Positions 27,432-37,119 of a DNA stretch of 64,000 nucleotides are shown piece by piece. A program made the translations under genes and the position numbers. Below the pieces are notes generated by a model. The model worked only from the letters and a program-made list of their open reading frames with translations. It had not been told where the DNA came from and did not search any database. The stretch comes from Gemmatimonadota bacterium (GTDB taxonomy: Bacteria; JAAXHH01). The stretch is taken from the NCBI GenBank assembly GCA_009838645.1, contig VXRC01000005.1, positions 26,858 to 90,857 on the forward strand. Reading direction: 5' to 3'. The first letter of the stretch is position 1. Every line of letters starts with the position of its first letter.

Positions 27432-28967
27432 TTGATTGCGATTCCGGCATCTAAGTACAAAAATATCGTCCCGTTACCCCACGGAGCCCCCGTGAACGTT
27501 ATCTGTGTCTGCCTGGACACCTTTCGCGCCGACATCATCGGCCCGGGCAGGAAGTACAGCCACGCGCACACGCCCAATCTCGACGCCTTCCACCGCAGCA
27601 GCATCCGGTTCAACCGCGCCTTCGGCGAAGGGCAGCCCACGCTGCAGGTCCGTCGCGCCCTGTTCACCGGGATGCGCAGCTTCCCGTGGCGCTACAACTT
27701 CGACCGGCGCGGCCACTGGCACCATGCGCCTGGCTGGCACAAGATCCCGCCGGAGCAGGATACGATCGCGGAGGTGCTGCTGGAAAGGGAGTACCTGACG
27801 GCCCTCATCGCCGACACGTACCACATGTTCAAGCCCACCATGAACTTCTCCCGGGGGTTCGCTCACCTGGATTTCGTGCGGGGACAGGAATCGGACAACT
27901 GGAAGAGCGGCGATCCGAAACTCGTCGAGGCGCAACTTGCCCGGCACGTGAGGCAGCCCGTGGACATGTTGAAACATACGGGGCTTGTGAACTACCTGCT
28001 CAACCAGCGCCACAGGAAGGACAGGGAAGACTACCAGTGCGCCCGGGTGTTCAACTCGGCCTGCGCGTGGCTTGCCGACAACCATACAGCGGGGCCCTTC
28101 TTCCTGTGGGTCGACAGCTTCGATCCCCACGAGCCCTGGGACCCGCCGCCGGAGTACGCCGACCGGTATTTCGAGCACGACGGCCTCGATTTCATCGTGC
28201 CCGGTCCCGCATACGCCCGTGACGGATCGGGCGGATCAGGCGGGCCAGGTGGAGCAGGCGGGCCATCTGAAGCGGAACTCCGCCGCATCGAGGCGCTGTA
28301 CCTGGGGGAGGTCACCCTGGTGGACGAGTACGTGGGCCGGTTGCTGAATGCGGTGGCGGACCGGAACCTCCTCGATGAAACCCTGATCGTGATCCTGTCG
28401 GACCATGGGACCCAGTTGCTCGACCAGGGGAGCTTCGGCAAGGGGCCGAACGAACTGCATCCCTTCAATACCCAACTCAACCTCATGATGCGCGTACCCG
28501 GCGGTCCGACGGACGTGGACGTGGACGCCTTCGTGCAGAACCACGACCTCATGCCCACGCTGCTCGGCCGGCTCGGGGTACGGGCGGACTGGACGGACGG
28601 CGAGGACCTGTGGCCGCTGGTCACGGGTGAGAAGGCCGCCATCCGTGATCGGATCGTGACCGGGTGGGCGTCCTTCATCACGGGCAACGCCGTGGGCCGG
28701 GCTAGTGTGCGGGACGATCGCTGGAACTTCTGCACGTCGGTGGGCTACGAGGACGAGAACGGCGATGAACTCTTCGAACTGGAGGACGATCCGGAAGAAC
28801 GGCGGAATGTCGCAGGACAGCATCCTGACGTTGTCTCGGAGCGTCGTGGCGACGTGGAAGCGGTCCTGGGTCAGCCCCTTCCCGGCCGGATGGTGGAGGT
28901 ATGTGATCCCGCCCCTGCGCCCATGACGCACTGGCTGGAGCAACGGTTGCGGAGGCGGCAGGATTGA
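27432..28967 (+). CDS. Sulfatase-like hydrolase/transferase (alkaline phosphatase superfamily)
   Basis: The translation contains CLDTFRAD metal-ligand, TPNLD and QPTLQVRRALFTG regions. The position of the sulfatase CxPxR Cys aligns to a Thr here. A Gly-rich insert GSGGSGGPGGAGG is present over 511 aa. Confidence 0.7.
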   Translation: MIAIPASKYKNIVPLPHGAPVNVICVCLDTFRADIIGPGRKYSHAHTPNLDAFHRSSIRFNRAFGEGQPTLQVRRALFTGMRSFPWRYNFDRRGHWHHAPGWHKIPPEQDTIAEVLLEREYLTALIADTYHMFKPTMNFSRGFAHLDFVRGQESDNWKSGDPKLVEAQLARHVRQPVDMLKHTGLVNYLLNQRHRKDREDYQCARVFNSACAWLADNHTAGPFFLWVDSFDPHEPWDPPPEYADRYFEHDGLDFIVPGPAYARDGSGGSGGPGGAGGPSEAELRRIEALYLGEVTLVDEYVGRLLNAVADRNLLDETLIVILSDHGTQLLDQGSFGKGPNELHPFNTQLNLMMRVPGGPTDVDVDAFVQNHDLMPTLLGRLGVRADWTDGEDLWPLVTGEKAAIRDRIVTGWASFITGNAVGRASVRDDRWNFCTSVGYEDENGDELFELEDDPEERRNVAGQHPDVVSERRGDVEAVLGQPLPGRMVEVCDPAPAPMTHWLEQRLRRRQD

Positions 28968-29066
28968 ACCATGGGTGTGTGCGTTGTTATCGTCGTCGGA
29001 ACTGTTTGCGCTGGCCTGAGTAGATGCGATTTTTAAAAGATGCGATCCGTAGAGGTTCAGATACAA

Positions 29067-29082
29067 TTGTACAATTGTACAA
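29067..29082. promoter_or_regulatory. AT-rich 16-bp perfect palindrome TTGTACAATTGTACAA (two overlapping ACAATTGT units) 35 bp upstream of the SDR gene
   Basis: Reverse-complement identity was confirmed. It overlaps a TACAAT -10-like hexamer in an otherwise GC-rich genome. Confidence 0.45.
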
Positions 29083-29116
29083 CTAAAATGCGCATGCCTG
29101 GGATCGCACCTGCGGA

Positions 29117-29905
29117 GTGGCCATGCGACTAGCGGACAAGGCCGCGATCGTGACGGGCGCGGGGGACGGAATAGGACGGGGCATCGCGCTGGCGCTCGCC
29201 CGGGAAGGCGCCGCGGTGGCGGTGTGCGACATCAACGCCCAAACCGTCGCGGAGACCGGCCGCCTGGTCGCGGACACGGGCCGGCCCGTCCTGGCGGAGG
29301 CGCTGGACATCACCGACCATGACCGGGTCCGGTCCTTCGTGGACGACGCGGCCTCCCGGTTCGGCAGAATCGACGTCCTGGTCAACAACGCCGCCATCAT
29401 GCCCGTAAGCCCCATCGAGCACCAGGACGAGGAGACCATGTCCCGCATCCTCTCCGTCAACCTCCTGGCGCCGGCCGTCTTCAGCAAGTACTGCATTCCG
29501 CATATGCGTGCCGCGGGCGGCGGATCGATCATCCACATGGCCAGTGTGACGGGTCATAACGGCCATCCGGGCGTGGCCGTCTACGGGGCGACGAAGGGCG
29601 GGCTGATCGCCCTGGCCCGAGGCCAGGCCATGGAACTGGCCGAGGACCGGATCAGGGTCAACACGGTTTCGCCCGGCACGGTGGATTCGCCCATGCTGCA
29701 CAACTTCGTGAAGGAGAACGCCGGAGACCCGGAGGCGGCGCTCAGGGCTTTCGACCGCCTGCACCCCATCGGCCGGGTCGCTACCATCGGGGAGGTCGCC
29801 AACGTCTTTGTTTTCCTGGCGAGCGACGAATCCAGCGACATCACGGCGACGGACATCCGGTGCGACGGCGGCTACGCGGTCCAGGGACGACAGCCGACCG
29901 AATAG
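29117..29905 (+). CDS. SDR family oxidoreductase
   Basis: The translation carries TGAGDGIGRG, NNAA and YGATK motifs over 262 aa. Confidence 0.85.
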   Translation: MAMRLADKAAIVTGAGDGIGRGIALALAREGAAVAVCDINAQTVAETGRLVADTGRPVLAEALDITDHDRVRSFVDDAASRFGRIDVLVNNAAIMPVSPIEHQDEETMSRILSVNLLAPAVFSKYCIPHMRAAGGGSIIHMASVTGHNGHPGVAVYGATKGGLIALARGQAMELAEDRIRVNTVSPGTVDSPMLHNFVKENAGDPEAALRAFDRLHPIGRVATIGEVANVFVFLASDESSDITATDIRCDGGYAVQGRQPTE

Positions 29906-29949
29906 CAACAGGCAAAGTCGGCAATGAGCACCAGCGGCAAGGAGAATCT

Positions 29950-30996
29950 ATGTCAGTAGGGGTTTGCGCGTACTCGTTCAACACGGGATACGACGCCTTT
30001 CAGCTCATGGACATGGCCGTCCAACACGGCCTCGGCGGCGTGGAGTTTCCTCCCGACGACTGCCTCCCCGATCTGTCCCCGGCCTCGCTGGAGCGGGCCC
30101 GTGCCCGGGCCGAGGAGATCGGGTTGTACGTCGTAGCGGACGGCGGTCAGGTCGAGGGCGAGATGATGCACCGCCTGATCCCCGCGGCCGCGAGCCTCGG
30201 CGCCTCGACGTTGCGCGTGGTCATGAGCGGCGTCCTCGGCGGCGACCGCCGGCCGCTGTCGGGCCGGTGGAACGCCCATCTCGCCGGGTGCAGAGACATC
30301 CTGCGCGAGGCGCTGCCCCTGGCCGAGGAACACGGGGTGACCATCGCGGTGGAGAACCACTCGGACGCCACGTCCCACGACATGCGCTGGCTCTGCGAGG
30401 AACTGGACAGCGCGTACATCGGCATCACGCTCGACGTGGGCAACGTGCTGGCGGTCTGCGAGGAACCCTTCGGATACACGGAACGCATCCTCCCTTACCT
30501 GAAGCATGTCCACCTCAAGGACTACACGATCCATCCCTCCGACGAGGGGTACCGCATCGCGCGGTGTTCACTGGGCAGCGGCGTGGTCGACTACCGCGGC
30601 CTGCTTTCCCTGATCGACGTATACCGGGGCCAGCGCGGCCAGGCGGTCCAGCCCGGCCCGGCGGACCAGCCCAGCCCGGCGGACCAGTCCGGCCCGGCGG
30701 ACCAGCCCGGCCAGATCACGAAAACCATCGAACTGGGCGCCATCTACGCCCGGCACGTGCGCATGCTCATGGATGACTACTGGGCGGAATACCCCGAACG
30801 CGACATCAGGGACATGCTGCCGTTTTTGCGGCTGTACTGGTCCCACGTCCGTCCCGTCGGGGAAGACTGGCGCACGCCCAGGGAGAAGGACGAATCCACC
30901 GAGGCCCTGAAGGCATACGAGACGCGGGAGTTCGAAGAAAGCGTCGCCTATCTGAAAGAAATCGGGGCCGTCCGGGCGGACTCCGGCACATCCTGA
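29950..30996 (+). CDS. Sugar phosphate isomerase/epimerase (xylose-isomerase-like TIM barrel)
   Basis: The translation from MSVGV shows IAVENH and LKD metal-site context. A GGAGAA RBS precedes the ATG at 29950. A QPGPADQP repeat insert is present. Confidence 0.75.
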   Translation: MSVGVCAYSFNTGYDAFQLMDMAVQHGLGGVEFPPDDCLPDLSPASLERARARAEEIGLYVVADGGQVEGEMMHRLIPAAASLGASTLRVVMSGVLGGDRRPLSGRWNAHLAGCRDILREALPLAEEHGVTIAVENHSDATSHDMRWLCEELDSAYIGITLDVGNVLAVCEEPFGYTERILPYLKHVHLKDYTIHPSDEGYRIARCSLGSGVVDYRGLLSLIDVYRGQRGQAVQPGPADQPSPADQSGPADQPGQITKTIELGAIYARHVRMLMDDYWAEYPERDIRDMLPFLRLYWSHVRPVGEDWRTPREKDESTEALKAYETREFEESVAYLKEIGAVRADSGTS

Positions 30997-31013
30997 ACCA
31001 GGCGGGTCGATTC

Positions 31014-32123
31014 ATGAGCTTCTCCTATCAAACCGGCGACCCTATTGAAAAGAAGGCGGCCCTGATGAAGATGGCACGCCTGGACCAATCCGACATGCAT
31101 GGGTCCATCGGATCGATCCCGGACCAGATGGAGGCGGCCTGGGAGGCCATGGCGGGACGCACTTTCCCCGACGCCTGCCGGAACGTCAACCACGTGGTCG
31201 TGGCGGGCATGGGGGGATCGGCCCTGGGCGCCCACCTGATACAGGACGTCTTCCGCGACCGGCTGCGCGTTCCGGTCACTATCGTATCCGATTACGCGGC
31301 CCCTTCGTGGATCGACGAGCGGACCCTCATCGTGCTGTCCAGCTATTCCGGGGGCACAGAGGAAGTGATGGCCGTGGCGGAACACGGCCTGTCCAGGGGA
31401 GTATCGATGATCGCCCTGACCACGGGGGGCGACCTGGAAGCGTTCGCCGGGCGCCATGGGCTGCCGGCCGTGGTGTTCGGCAGCGAGCTCAACACCTGCG
31501 GGCAGCCGCGTATCGGCCTGGGCTACGCGGTCACCTACCTCCTGGCGATGTTCCGTCAACTGGGGTTCGTGGCGCTTGCCGAATCCGAGGTAACGAGCAC
31601 TCTCATGCTGCTCCGGGAGACCAACCCGGATTACGCTGCGCCCGGTGAGGAGAACCCCGCCTATGAGTTGGCCTCGGCCACGGGGGGGAAGTCGATCCTG
31701 ATCATGGCTTCCGAGCATCTCACGGGCAACGCCCACATCCTGGCCAACCAGTGGAACGAGAACGCCAAGAACCTGGCCGTCTGGTTCGCCATACCGGAAC
31801 TGAATCACCATCTGCTCGAAGGGATGACCCACCCCGTGGAGCACCGGGACGGACTCGCCGCCGTGCTGATCCAGTCCGGCCTGTACGATCCGCGCAACCG
31901 GCGCCGCCACGAGATTACCCGCACGCTGCTCGAGCAGCAGGGGATCGCGTGTTCCGTAGTAACGCCCGGGGGAGAGACGGCGCTCGAGCAGGCCTGCGAC
32001 CTGCTCCTGCTCGGTACCTACGCCAGTTTCTACCAGGCAATTATGAACGACGTCGATCCGTCGCCCATACCCTGGGTCGATCAGTTCAAGCGGCTGATGG
32101 CATCAAGAGACGGTAAGGTATGA
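31014..32123 (+). CDS. Bifunctional phosphoglucose/phosphomannose isomerase (SIS domain, archaeal type)
   Basis: Two SIS modules are present, including VVVAGMGGSALG over 369 aa. Confidence 0.8.
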   Translation: MSFSYQTGDPIEKKAALMKMARLDQSDMHGSIGSIPDQMEAAWEAMAGRTFPDACRNVNHVVVAGMGGSALGAHLIQDVFRDRLRVPVTIVSDYAAPSWIDERTLIVLSSYSGGTEEVMAVAEHGLSRGVSMIALTTGGDLEAFAGRHGLPAVVFGSELNTCGQPRIGLGYAVTYLLAMFRQLGFVALAESEVTSTLMLLRETNPDYAAPGEENPAYELASATGGKSILIMASEHLTGNAHILANQWNENAKNLAVWFAIPELNHHLLEGMTHPVEHRDGLAAVLIQSGLYDPRNRRRHEITRTLLEQQGIACSVVTPGGETALEQACDLLLLGTYASFYQAIMNDVDPSPIPWVDQFKRLMASRDGKV

Positions 32124-35100
32124 GTGAAATCGTCACCTACCTGCGGGGAAAGAACCTGCTGATCACCGGCGCCACCGGATTCCTTGCGAAAGCGGTCGTG
32201 GAGAAGATCCTGCGGTGCGCCCCGGAAGTAGGCCGTATCTACCTGGTCGTCCGGGCCCGAAGGAGGAAGGACGGCACCACACTGACGGCGCGGGAACGGG
32301 TGGAGGAAGAGATCCTCCAGTCCGCCGCCTTCGCCCGGCTTCGCGAGACCCACGGCGAACGTTTCGCGGATATCATGCGCGCCAAGGTCCACGCCGTCGA
32401 GGGCGACCTTACCCAGGACCACCTCGGACTGGAACCGGACCTGTACCACCGGCTCGCGGCGGAAGTCGACGTGGTGCTCACCTGCGCGGCATCCGTGACC
32501 TTCGACGAAGAAATCGACGCCGCGCTTCAGCTTAACACCCTCGGTGCGCGGCGCATGATGGAATTTGCCAGATCGTGCGGCGACGCCACGCTGGTCCACG
32601 TCTCGACGGCCTACGTTAACGGCCAGACCAAGGGCCGCATTCCCGAAGCACCGCCCCGTCCGGACTGGTCCATGGCCCAGGAAATGGGGCGAAGCGACGC
32701 GCCTTTCGACCTGGAACGGGAAATCCGGGACATACTCGCCAGGGCGGATGAGATCCACGACGACTCCCGTTCGCCGGGACAGCAGGAGCGTTTCAGGAAG
32801 ATGGCGCTGCAGCAGAACCCGAGCCCCTCGCAGCGCTGGCTCGACGCCCAGATGGAGACCTTTCGCAAGCGCTGGCTCAAGGAACGGCTTATCGAAGAGG
32901 GCATGCGCCGCGGGCAGCAGTGGGGTTGGCACGACAGCTATACCCTGACGAAGGCCATGGGCGAGCAGTTGATCGTCAAGCACCGGGGCGACCTGCCCAC
33001 GGCCATAATAAGGCCGTCCATCGTGGAAAGCGCGCTGGTCGAGCCCGAACCGGGATGGATCGAGGGGCTCAAGGTAGCCGACCCGCTCATCGACGCGGTG
33101 AGCAAGGGGCGCCTGCCGGACTTCCCCGGCCAGAAAGACATGATCGTGGACATCATCCCGGTGGACATCGTGGCCAATACGACCCTGGCGGCCATGGCGC
33201 GCACGGCCCGGGAAGGCGGGATCGGCGTGTACCACGTTTCGACGGGCGACCGGAATCCCGTCCTATTCCACCAGGCCTTCGAGCACTCATACGAGTACTT
33301 TCAAAAGTACCCCCGCCTGAACCGGAACAACGAACCCATACCGATCCAGCGATGGACCTACCCGACCCTTGGCCAGTTCCGGCGCCGGTACAACCTGCGC
33401 TTCGTCTACCCCCTGAACGCCGCGTTGTGGACGCTCAACCGCTTCACCCGGATTACCCTGCTGAACAACCTGAAGCGCAGAATCGCCGTGATGAAGTCGG
33501 CGATCTCGCGCATGCTGTACTACGCCGCGATCTACAGTCCCTACACGTCCCTGGAATGCACCTTCGAGACGGACCGCACGGTCAGGTTGCACGAAAGTCT
33601 GGATCCCGAGGACCGGCTGCTCTTCAACGGCGACGTCTCCAGGATCCTCTGGAAGACCTATTTCCAGGATATCCATATCCCCGGCCTGAAACGCCACGTG
33701 CTGAAGACCGATGAGCCGAAGCCCGCGGTCACGGAAGAAGAGGAGGTGGCGGAGCGATCCGGGTTCGCCCAGGCCGGGGAGGATGCGCTGCCCCATCTCG
33801 ATACGCTGACGGACATACTGGCCAAGAGCGCGGACATGTACGGAGACAAGACCGCGCTGCAGATGCCGCGGGACGATGGCTGGATCCGCTATTCCTTCAA
33901 GGACGTGTTCGCCCTGGCCGGACACATCGGCTGGCAGTGGCGTTCCAGCGGCCTGCATTCGGGTGACCGGGTCTTGCTCTTCTCGGAGAACCGGCCCGAA
34001 TGGGGTATCGCCTGTTTCGCCGGGATGGTGGCCGGGGCCGTGCTCGTGCCTGTGGACCGCCGGTCGACACCCCAGGAAGTATGGCGCATTGCCCGGTTTA
34101 CCGAATCGAGGGCCATCCTCTGCACGGAAAGCGGTCACGCATTACTCACCGCGTCGGCGAAGCCCGGCGGTGAACCGGCGGAGCCCGGCGGCGACGTCAT
34201 GTTCTGGAACATCGAAAACTACGGTCTGCCGTTCGACGCGCCGCGAAGGTCCGCGTCGCCCGTCACACTGAACGAGGAGCCGCCCCCCTGGGCGCCAGTG
34301 GATCCCGATACGCCGGCAGCCATCATGTTTACCCGGGGCATGGCGGCCGAATCCCACGGCGTGGTCCTGACCCATCGGAACTTCGTTTCGAACCTGCTGT
34401 CCCTCGCCGAGATCCTGCGCGCCTACCGGACCGACCATTTCCTGTCCCTGCTGCCCATGAGCCAGGCCCTGGAGTTCACGGGCGGTTTCCTCATGCCGTT
34501 CTACGCGGGGGCGACCATTACCTATACCACGTCGGTAAGGCCGCGGTCCCTGGTCGGCCTGATTGATGAAACCGGGGTCAACTGCCTGATCGCTGCGCCA
34601 CGGTTATTCGGGCTGTTGCACGGGTCGCTGCGACAGACGGCCGAGAAAAACGGCGACAGCGTCGTTTCCCGCATGCGGCTGCTGGTCAGCGGCGGCGGCA
34701 CGCTCGATTCGGACCTGTACCACGCCTACCGGGAGATCGGCCTGACGATCCACGAGGGATACGGGCTCACGGAAGCGGCCCCGGTCGTGACCGTAAATCC
34801 CATGGACCGAAGCAAGCCCTCCTCCGTCGGTGTGGCCCTGCCGGCGGTAGACGTTGAAATCCAGGCCCCCGACAAAGAAGGCAACGGCGAGATTATCGTG
34901 CGCGGGAACAACGTCATGCAAGGGTACTACAGGAACCCTACGGCGACGGAGAACCGTCTCCGCGGCGGGTGGCTTCACACGGGGGACATCGGACGCATCG
35001 ACCGCGACGGCTATCTGTACATCATGGAGCGCCTGGGCCAGGCCACCGGGTCCGCCGGTTCCGCCGGTTCCGCCGGTTCCGCCGGTTCCGCCGGGTCCGT

Positions 35101-35830
35101 GCCAGGAGGTCCGGAAGGAGCGGCCGGTCGACGGGCGGGACGCTTCGTAAACGGCCGGGAACACGCCGCGACGGCCTTCTTCGACGTGGACGGCACCATC
35201 GTGGACGCGACGATCGTACACTACTACGCCTTTTACAGGACCTGGGGATATTCCTCCCTGCGGCGCCTAGTCTGGACCATCGGATTCCTGCCGAAAATCC
35301 TCTATTACATCGTCCTGGACAAGATCAGCAGGAGCCGATTCATCCAGGCGTTCTACCGGCAGTACCGTGGTTTCGGTCGCGGGGAATGCGTTTCGAGGAG
35401 CGAGCAGCTTTTCGAAAAAGTCATGCGTCCACGCATGTACGCCGGGGCCGTCGATCGCATTCGGGCGCACCAGCAACGGGGCGAGCGCGTGGTCCTGGTC
35501 ACCGGGTCCCTGGATTTCGTCATGGAGCCGCTGGCGGAATACACCAAGGCGGACGACCTCATCGCCCTGTCCATGAAGGAAGACGACGGCCAGCTGACCG
35601 GCGAGACGGAAGGGCCGCCCATCGGTGACGAGGCGAAGGCCCGAATCGTCCGGGACTACGCCGAGCGCCGCGGTATCGACCTGGCCCGGTGCTATGCCTA
35701 TGCCGACAGCAGTTCGGACGCGCCCATGTTGGGCGTGGTAGGACACGCCGTCGCCGTGAACCCCGGCGGGAAGCTGAAGAAAGCCGCGGAAGCCGGCGGG
35801 TGGGAAGTCGTGCACTGGACCCATGTATGA
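32120..35830 (+). CDS. Multidomain fatty acyl reductase (NAD_binding_4 plus Sterile) / AMP-dependent acyl ligase / HAD-IB phosphatase fusion
   Basis: Residues 1-530 form the FAR portion (LITGATGFLAK, VHVSTAYVNG, the YTLTK active site and a C-terminal FNGDVSRILWKTYF Sterile-like region). Residues 540-970 form the adenylate-forming domain (GYGLTEAAP, GWLHTGDIGRIDRDGYLYIMER). A (SAG)n linker follows. Residues 990-1236 form the HAD-IB domain (FFDVDGTI, VTGS, AYADSSSDAPML). The ATGA start overlaps the PGI/PMI stop. Confidence 0.8.
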   Translation: MSEIVTYLRGKNLLITGATGFLAKAVVEKILRCAPEVGRIYLVVRARRRKDGTTLTARERVEEEILQSAAFARLRETHGERFADIMRAKVHAVEGDLTQDHLGLEPDLYHRLAAEVDVVLTCAASVTFDEEIDAALQLNTLGARRMMEFARSCGDATLVHVSTAYVNGQTKGRIPEAPPRPDWSMAQEMGRSDAPFDLEREIRDILARADEIHDDSRSPGQQERFRKMALQQNPSPSQRWLDAQMETFRKRWLKERLIEEGMRRGQQWGWHDSYTLTKAMGEQLIVKHRGDLPTAIIRPSIVESALVEPEPGWIEGLKVADPLIDAVSKGRLPDFPGQKDMIVDIIPVDIVANTTLAAMARTAREGGIGVYHVSTGDRNPVLFHQAFEHSYEYFQKYPRLNRNNEPIPIQRWTYPTLGQFRRRYNLRFVYPLNAALWTLNRFTRITLLNNLKRRIAVMKSAISRMLYYAAIYSPYTSLECTFETDRTVRLHESLDPEDRLLFNGDVSRILWKTYFQDIHIPGLKRHVLKTDEPKPAVTEEEEVAERSGFAQAGEDALPHLDTLTDILAKSADMYGDKTALQMPRDDGWIRYSFKDVFALAGHIGWQWRSSGLHSGDRVLLFSENRPEWGIACFAGMVAGAVLVPVDRRSTPQEVWRIARFTESRAILCTESGHALLTASAKPGGEPAEPGGDVMFWNIENYGLPFDAPRRSASPVTLNEEPPPWAPVDPDTPAAIMFTRGMAAESHGVVLTHRNFVSNLLSLAEILRAYRTDHFLSLLPMSQALEFTGGFLMPFYAGATITYTTSVRPRSLVGLIDETGVNCLIAAPRLFGLLHGSLRQTAEKNGDSVVSRMRLLVSGGGTLDSDLYHAYREIGLTIHEGYGLTEAAPVVTVNPMDRSKPSSVGVALPAVDVEIQAPDKEGNGEIIVRGNNVMQGYYRNPTATENRLRGGWLHTGDIGRIDRDGYLYIMERLGQATGSAGSAGSAGSAGSAGSVPGGPEGAAGRRAGRFVNGREHAATAFFDVDGTIVDATIVHYYAFYRTWGYSSLRRLVWTIGFLPKILYYIVLDKISRSRFIQAFYRQYRGFGRGECVSRSEQLFEKVMRPRMYAGAVDRIRAHQQRGERVVLVTGSLDFVMEPLAEYTKADDLIALSMKEDDGQLTGETEGPPIGDEAKARIVRDYAERRGIDLARCYAYADSSSDAPMLGVVGHAVAVNPGGKLKKAAEAGGWEVVHWTHV

Positions 35831-37062
35831 AAGCCGTACAGTACATCAAGAGCGTACCCCGGTACCTGTTCGTCCGCACCCTCGGCCATCGCCGACCCGG
35901 CCCGGCCACCGGCGCGCTGTCGTGCATCCGCATGGCGGACGTCGATCCCCCCGCGCTTCCGACGCCTGAATGGATGCGTGTCAGACCGCTGTTGAGCGGA
36001 ATCTGCGGATCGGACCTTTCCACCATACGGGCGAAGGGCAGCCCCTATTTTTCGCCCCTGATTTCCGCGCCTTTCGTCCTGGGCCACGAAGTGGTGGGCG
36101 AGGTGGAGGAGGCCGGTTCAGGTCCCGGGGAAGTTTCCCGGGGAGACCGCGTGGTGATCGAGCCCGGCCTCTGCTGCGCCGTCCGGGGTATCCACCCACC
36201 GTGCCCGCCGTGCGGGGAAGGCGATTTCGGGCTGTGCGAGATGGTCATGCACGGCGACATTTCCCCGGGGATACAGACCGGGTACTGCAGGGACACGGGT
36301 GGTGGATGGAGTACGTCCCTGGTGGCGCACCCCTTCCAGGTCCACCTGGTGCCCGATCCGCTTTCCGACGAGGAAGCGGTCCTGGTCGAACCCTTCAGCT
36401 GCTGCCTGCACGCCGTGCTGAAGTCCTTTCCCGGTGATGACGAGACCATCCTGGTGATCGGCTGCGGCGCCGTCGGACTACTCACCATCGCGGCCATACG
36501 GGCCCTGGGAGGGAAGTGCCGCATCCTCGCCGCCGCGCGGTATCCCCATCAGCAGGCCCTGGCGCCCGCCCTCGGCGCCGACCGCGTCATCGGCAGGGGC
36601 GAAGACCTCTACGATACGGTCAGCGAAGTGACGGGTGCGGAGATCCATCGGCCCGAGATCGGGCGGCCCGTATTCATCGGCGGCGTGCACCGGACCTTCG
36701 ACTGCGTCGGGTCGTCGCGCACCATCGACGACGCGCTGCGGCTGACCGGCTCCGGCGGCGTCGTCACCGTGGTTGGCATGCCGGGCATTCCATCCGGGAT
36801 CGACTGGACGGCGGTGTGGTACAAGGAATTGAAAGTGCAGGGGGCCTACGCCTACGGGACGGAGGAACACGAAGGTCGGTCCGTCCGGACCTTCGACCTG
36901 GCCATGGATCTGATCGCGTCGGGGGAGGTCGGCCTGAAGCCTCTCGTGACGGACCTCTTCCCCCTTACGGCATACCGGAAGGCCATCGGCCGGGCCCTGG
37001 AAGCCGGCCGGCACGGCGCCGTCAAGGTGGCTTTCGACCTGAGAAACGAACCGGGGCCGTAA
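35827..37062 (+). CDS. Zinc-dependent alcohol dehydrogenase (MDR superfamily)
   Basis: The translation carries GHEVVGEV, a structural Zn Cys cluster CPPCGEGDFGLC and GCGAVGL. The ATGA start overlaps the upstream stop. Confidence 0.85.
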   Translation: MKAVQYIKSVPRYLFVRTLGHRRPGPATGALSCIRMADVDPPALPTPEWMRVRPLLSGICGSDLSTIRAKGSPYFSPLISAPFVLGHEVVGEVEEAGSGPGEVSRGDRVVIEPGLCCAVRGIHPPCPPCGEGDFGLCEMVMHGDISPGIQTGYCRDTGGGWSTSLVAHPFQVHLVPDPLSDEEAVLVEPFSCCLHAVLKSFPGDDETILVIGCGAVGLLTIAAIRALGGKCRILAAARYPHQQALAPALGADRVIGRGEDLYDTVSEVTGAEIHRPEIGRPVFIGGVHRTFDCVGSSRTIDDALRLTGSGGVVTVVGMPGIPSGIDWTAVWYKELKVQGAYAYGTEEHEGRSVRTFDLAMDLIASGEVGLKPLVTDLFPLTAYRKAIGRALEAGRHGAVKVAFDLRNEPGP

Positions 37063-37119
37063 GTCCGATGGGGACCGCACCGAGGTTTCAACGGTAACCG
37101 TGCGAATCGGAGCACACCC

